Source of the DNA: Elusimicrobiota bacterium
Lineage (GTDB): Bacteria; Elusimicrobiota; Elusimicrobia; UBA1565; JACRDR01
Assembly (NCBI GenBank): GCA_041694815.1
Contig: JBGFSC010000033.1
Span: forward strand, 64,001-128,000
Length of the DNA: 64,000 nucleotides
Direction: 5' to 3'
Shown here: positions 30,001-36,000 of the stretch, in pieces
Position numbering within the stretch: the stretch's first letter is position 1
Layout: the number at the start of each line of letters is the position of its first letter
Position numbers and translations under genes: made by a program
The notes under the pieces: model-generated
The model's input: only the letters and a program-made list of their open reading frames with translations
Database searches by the model: none
Told to the model about the DNA's origin: nothing

Positions 30001-33000
30001 AGCTTCACGGGCACGCTGGGCCGGGTCCACGTCATCCACACCGGTACGGGCTTGGACATCGATATCAAACGCCTGCATCTGTTCGTCGACTGCGATACCA
30101 ACGGGAATATCGCCAACGGCGACGGCAAGTTCCAGGCCTCCATCGACAAGGAGATCACCGACCCGGCCATCCTCGTGAAGTTCACCACCAACACCCCACG
30201 CGCCGCCGACCTCGTGCTCAAGGTCGACCCGAACGACAGCAACAATTACTCGTTCCGCACCATCACCCAGTCGACGATCACGTATTTCGTGGTCTATGAC
30301 TATGAACCCGCGGCCGTGGCGTACCTGGACCATGGAACGCAGGTCGGAACCGCCGACATCGTCCCGCTGGGTGGGGATGGCGACGTCGTGCCCTTCTCGA
30401 CCATCCTGACGACCAACGTATACGTGCGCCCGACGGCCGACCTAGCCGCCGTCGAGAAGGTCAACAACCCCGGCACCGGCAACGCCGCGGCGGTGCCCGC
30501 CTCCATCACCCAGGCCGATGCCAATCAACCGGTCATGAAGCTGACCCTGCGGACATTGAGCGGCGCGGCGAGCTGGTCGGGCCTGAAACTGGACCGTTGG
30601 GTGCCCTCGAGCTTGAGCGGCAGCGTCATCTTGAACAAGGCGGCCGACGTCAAGAATATCCAGATATGGGCGGATGTCAACGGGAACGGACTCCTGGATC
30701 CCACCACCGACCAAATCGTAAGTCCCTTGAGCGGCATCGTGCATAATTTCCCGCAAAGCACCCTGGGCGTGGCCATCAGTTCGACGCAGGCCGGGCCGCT
30801 CGACGTCGTCGTCACTAATCTCTCGGCCTTCTTCCCGGCCGACGACGTGTTCCCGTCCGTTCCCCAGCGCCTGGTGTTCGCCGACGACCAGACCGACCAG
30901 GCGAATAAGGAGGTCTTCGTCTGCACTGGCATCTCCTTCTCCTCGGGAGCCTTCACCAACTGCATGCCCGGCCAGGACCAGACCACGCGCAAAAACCACG
31001 CCGTCGGCACCGTGATTTCGGGCCCCGCGCGCGTACCCGTGCAAGGCACCGGAGGCGGACAGACGCTCACCGTCTTAAACAAGGACTTCTTCGTGGCTTA
31101 TGACTTGGATCCGTTGGCCACGGTCAACCCTTCGGCCAACCTTGGCGCTATCATCCCGACCACCCATTACTTCCTTATCCAATCCCCGAAGCGGATGCAC
31201 GACAAGGATTCTAATGGCACCGTATCGGTCGGCATCCCGCCGAACGGCAAGACGATGTCCTTGGTGTCCAACGTAGCCGAATACGCGGACAAGATCGTCG
31301 TCGTCGCCTCCAATACGGTCGACGACGTGAATCTGGGCCCCTTCCTGCAGCAGAAATCGACCGGGGCGGTGCTCAATTTCTCGCTTTACACCGACGTCGC
31401 CGACGCCTTATGGCGCTGGGTGATCGTGACGGCCACGGGCACCTCGGCTGCGGCCGGCAATGTCTCCAACGACGTGCAGCTGGTCTCCTTATGGCGTGAC
31501 GCCAACAATAACGGCAGCTTGGACGTTAACGACGTGCTGGTGGGCACGGGGACTTTCGGCAACACCGGCCAGCCGCTCACCTCTCGTGTGCAGCTGAGCA
31601 CGCCGTTTAGGCTGATGACGCAGGCCAAGGCGCCGACCCCGCAGCGCTTCTTCGTCGCTTATTATCTAAGCGCCAACGCGCAGTCCAATGACCCCATCAC
31701 CCAGGCGCCTCGTACCTTAGGGGCGGTGCTCACGGCGGGCTCCTTCCCGCAGAACAATCCCACCGTCGACGATTATTTCGCCAACGCCTTCACCCTGCCC
31801 AATATCTACAATCCCGCTTCCCCGCTTCCCTTCGAGGGCAAGTCGCGGGCCATCATCCCGGCGTCGCAGACGATGTACGTCAAGACGACGCCGATGTTCT
31901 CAAGCTCCAGCGGCACCTTCGTGGCCCCCACGGTGTCCTTCGCCGTGCCGGCCTCCACGCCCGCAGCGGTGGACGCCGCTTGGGTGATCACCTCATCGGC
32001 CGGCCTGCCCTCCGGCGGTCCCACCACCTACATGGTTGTCGACGGGGAGGTGATCAGCTATGAGGACCTGGGGCCGACATCGCTCATTCGGGTGCACCGC
32101 GGCCTCCTGGGGACTTCCGCTTCCGCCCACGGCGTCGGGGCGGTATTGGGCCCGCTGCTCGAGCAGGGTAGTCCGGCGAACGCCGTCATGAAGGTGGAGG
32201 CCTGGAGCAGCGGCTTCCAGGTGCAGTGGAACGCCTTGCGCCTACTCATCAATGCCCCCGGAGGGCTTTCGCATGTCGACGCCGACGTGGCCAAGGTCAA
32301 ATTGTGGAAATCGGTGCAGCCCTCCTCGGCCCCTATCTTCCATCGCGACCAGAATATACAGGGATCCGGGGACATACTCTTGGCGCAGGGCAACTTGGTG
32401 CAAGGAGTCGTCGACTTGAGCATCGTCGACCCCACCCTCAATTTCGCGCCCTATACCTTGGTGGGCACCTCCACGCAGACCTTCTACGTCTCGCTCGACA
32501 TCGACCCGGCGGCGCGCTACTGCTTCGTCTCGCTCAATCCACCCAACGAGGTCGTGGGCCTGCAATCCCTGAATGGATCCGACTGGGGGCTGAGCCCGCC
32601 CGGCGCCGACCACCAGATCGTGCTGCTCAATACTCCGGTGACGACGGTGCAGCCCATCGTGCCGACGCTCAACACGATGAACGCCTCGATCCTGTCGATC
32701 GCGCCGCTCTTCGCGCTTCAGAGTTCCTCCAACGTGCCCATCGCCCAGATCACGGCGACGGCCGACCGCAACACCGTGGTCTGGCAGAAGCTCAGGCTCG
32801 ACCGCATCGGCACGGGCGGAGGCCTGGACTCCGATATCTCGTTGATCAAGGTCTGGAGGGACGCCAACGGCAACAGCATACTCGACTCGACGGACACGGC
32901 GCGTAATCCCGACGGTAGCTACCCCAATCTCATAACCTTCGGCAACGAGACCTTCTCGAGCGCCACGGTGACCTTGACCTTCAAGAACCCGCCCGTCGTT

Positions 33001-36000
33001 TCGACGGCGCCGTCGAAGTACTTCGTGACCTACGACTTCTCCCAGTTCGCCATCATCGACTCCGGCGAGGGCCTGCGCATAGCCAATACGACGTACGCGA
33101 CGGTGCAGACGCCGCACCTGGTAACCTTCTCGACGGCGAATTTCCAATCGACGCTGGTCACGGTCCAAAAGGTTCCCTCCAACGTCACCTTGGGCGTCAA
33201 CGACCTTATCCTCAACAACAACGTGACCAAGCTCTCGCAGGCCCAGGCCGATGTTCCCTTCCTGAGGCTAAACCTCGCCACGGACATCTCGCTGGCCCAA
33301 TGGCAGGCCTTGCGCATCGCCCGTTCGGGAGGCAGCCAGGATTCGAGCAAGCCTTTCGGGCGCAACACCAACGTCGGCTTCATCCGCATCTGGAAGGATA
33401 TCAACCAGAACGACACGCTTGAAACGGACACCGATGTCAACGTCTCCGAGGCGAACACGGTGCTGCAGGTCGCCGTCTCCTCGGTCCAGGCGACTCCCTT
33501 CCTCATGGTTCTAGCCTCCACGGCCGGTTTCCCGGCCTCGGGCAACGGAAAAATTTACGTCAACAACGCGGAATTGATGACCTTCTCCGGCTACACGACG
33601 GTATTCGTCTCCGGCTCGAGCCGCCCGGCGGTCAATGTCTTGACCCGCGGAGACAATTTGGGCACGACCTCGACGCCGCGCCTCAATCACGCGGTGGGAT
33701 CTAGCGCGCGCAAGGTCGACCTGTTCGATCAGACCAACGACGCCAATCTTCAGACGGTGCTGGAGCTGGCGGTGCCGCAGACCATACTCCCGACGCCGCC
33801 TGTATTCTTCCTCACCTACGACATCGGGGCGACGGCCGTCAAGAACGACTCGGTGGGCGTAGACATCGCCGACCGCAATTGGGTGATCGTCAGTAACCCG
33901 AACGTCACCTCGGCCCGCGTCAACGTCAATATCAATAAGATCCTTACCCAAGGCACCACCAACCATGCCTATCCGTACACGGGCACCACGGTGTTCATCT
34001 CGCCGCTCAATCTGTCGATCGTCGGCCGCAACATCGCGCCGACCGCCGCGACGGTCAACCAGAACAATGTGCCCTTGGAGCAGTTCACGATCAAGACCTC
34101 CTCGGATTACGTGCGCATCGGCCAATTGCGGCTCAAGCAATTGGGCACGGTGCAGTCGCCTCCGACGCCCGGCGCCGGAAGGGGCGACGCCAAGCGGGTG
34201 ACGGTCTGGCTCGACAACGGCGACGGGGCCTTCACCCCGAACACGGACACCCTGATCGGCGCCCTAACCCACAACGGGTTGCCGGGCGGATCGCCTGCCT
34301 TCGACAACGGGGTGGCCTTCACCAGCCTGACGGTCAATGGGCTTCCGTACTTGACGGTCTCGACGGCTCCGGTCAACCTTTTCGTCGCCGTCGACATCTC
34401 GAGCGTGGATTTGGCGGGCAATATCACCATCGGCCATAACATCGGCTTCGCCCTGCCCAGCTTCAACGATATCTTCGGGCCCAACGCGACGACGCTCAAC
34501 GCGGCGCCCGACCCGAGCAATCAAAACCCGCTCAACGCGGCCTCCTCGCTGGTCCAGATCTCGCCGGCCATCATTCCGCTGTCGAATATCCTGCCCAAGA
34601 TCGCGATGGCCTCCAACGGATACCCGGCCTACGTGCTGCAGGATTCCTCGGGCAATGTGATCCTGGATTCCAACGGCATGCCCATCGCCGATGCGAGCAA
34701 ATGGATATACCTGCAGGGTTCTACGGAGCCGCTCGTCGATATCAACGGAGACGGCCAGCCCGACAACTTCGCCTACCCGCCGGACACGACCCCCCTGCCG
34801 CCAGGCGTCAAGCCCGGACCCCTGAAATTCATCAGCTTCGACGGCACGCGCAACCCCGCCTTCGACCTGGACGGCGACAAGCTCCTCGACATCGACATCA
34901 ATCGCGACGGCATACCCGACGCGGTCGTCAACGACGGCGCCGGCAAGCCCATCTACTTCCTGCGCGACATATTGGGCAATACTTACCCCGTTTCGGACCA
35001 GGCCCTGGCGGTGACGGCCTGGAGCAACAATACGACGAAGCTGGAAGCCGCCTGGTCAATCCCCACCTCTACCGTCACCGGTTTCCAGCTGGCGGCCGGG
35101 GTCAATTACTCGAGCCCCACATCTTTCTCCAACGGCTGGCGCACGATCGGCTCGAGTACCACCGGCATGATCGACGGGCTCGGCCTGCCCGTGCCAAAGG
35201 TCACGCGCCTGACGGCCAATATCTCGCAGACCGATACGATCATCTCGGTCGAGGCGGCGGGCAACCTCGTCTCGGTAGGCAAGATCGTCGTGGGCTCGGA
35301 GATCATCGGCGTCACAAGGATCAGCGCGACCCAGTTCCAGGTCACCGCCTTGGAGGGCTGCCCGAACAACAGCGGGCGCGGCTGCGACGGCTCCTTGCCG
35401 CAACCCCATCTCAAGAACGAGCTCGTCAGTGACCAGGCCGTGTTTGTCTCCGTGCGTGGTTTCAACGGGCCGGCCTCGGCCCCGAGTGGCTACGTGCCCG
35501 GTCCCACGGGAAGGCCGCTGCTGGTCTACCGCATCGACACCACGCCCCCCAATGCTCCGGCCAACGCCGCGCCGAACGTGGCGCCCGGAACCCCGGCCGG
35601 CGGCTCCTTTGAAATCAGCTGGGACGCCTCGGTCGACGCTGAGTCGAGCGTGATGGCCTACCAGATCCAGGAGCGCGTCGGCACCGATCCCGTCTGGCGC
35701 AGCATCGCGATGATCCCGGCCGTCAAATCCAACGGCGCGATCAACCGTTCCTATAACGTCGGCAACCCCGCGATCAACGCGGCCGAGAAACCGAGGGCCT
35801 CCGGCCAATTCTATTCCTACCGGGTGCGGGCCTTCAACTACGCCGGTATCCCGTCGGAATACTCGAGCGAATCGAGGCCCGTGGCGACCTCGCTCATCTC
35901 CTCGCCGATCTCGAATGTGTCGAACTTCCCGAACCCCTTCGACAGCCGCAAGGGCGGCCCGGAGGGTAAGACCGTCATTACCTACACCTTGGGGGCCGAC

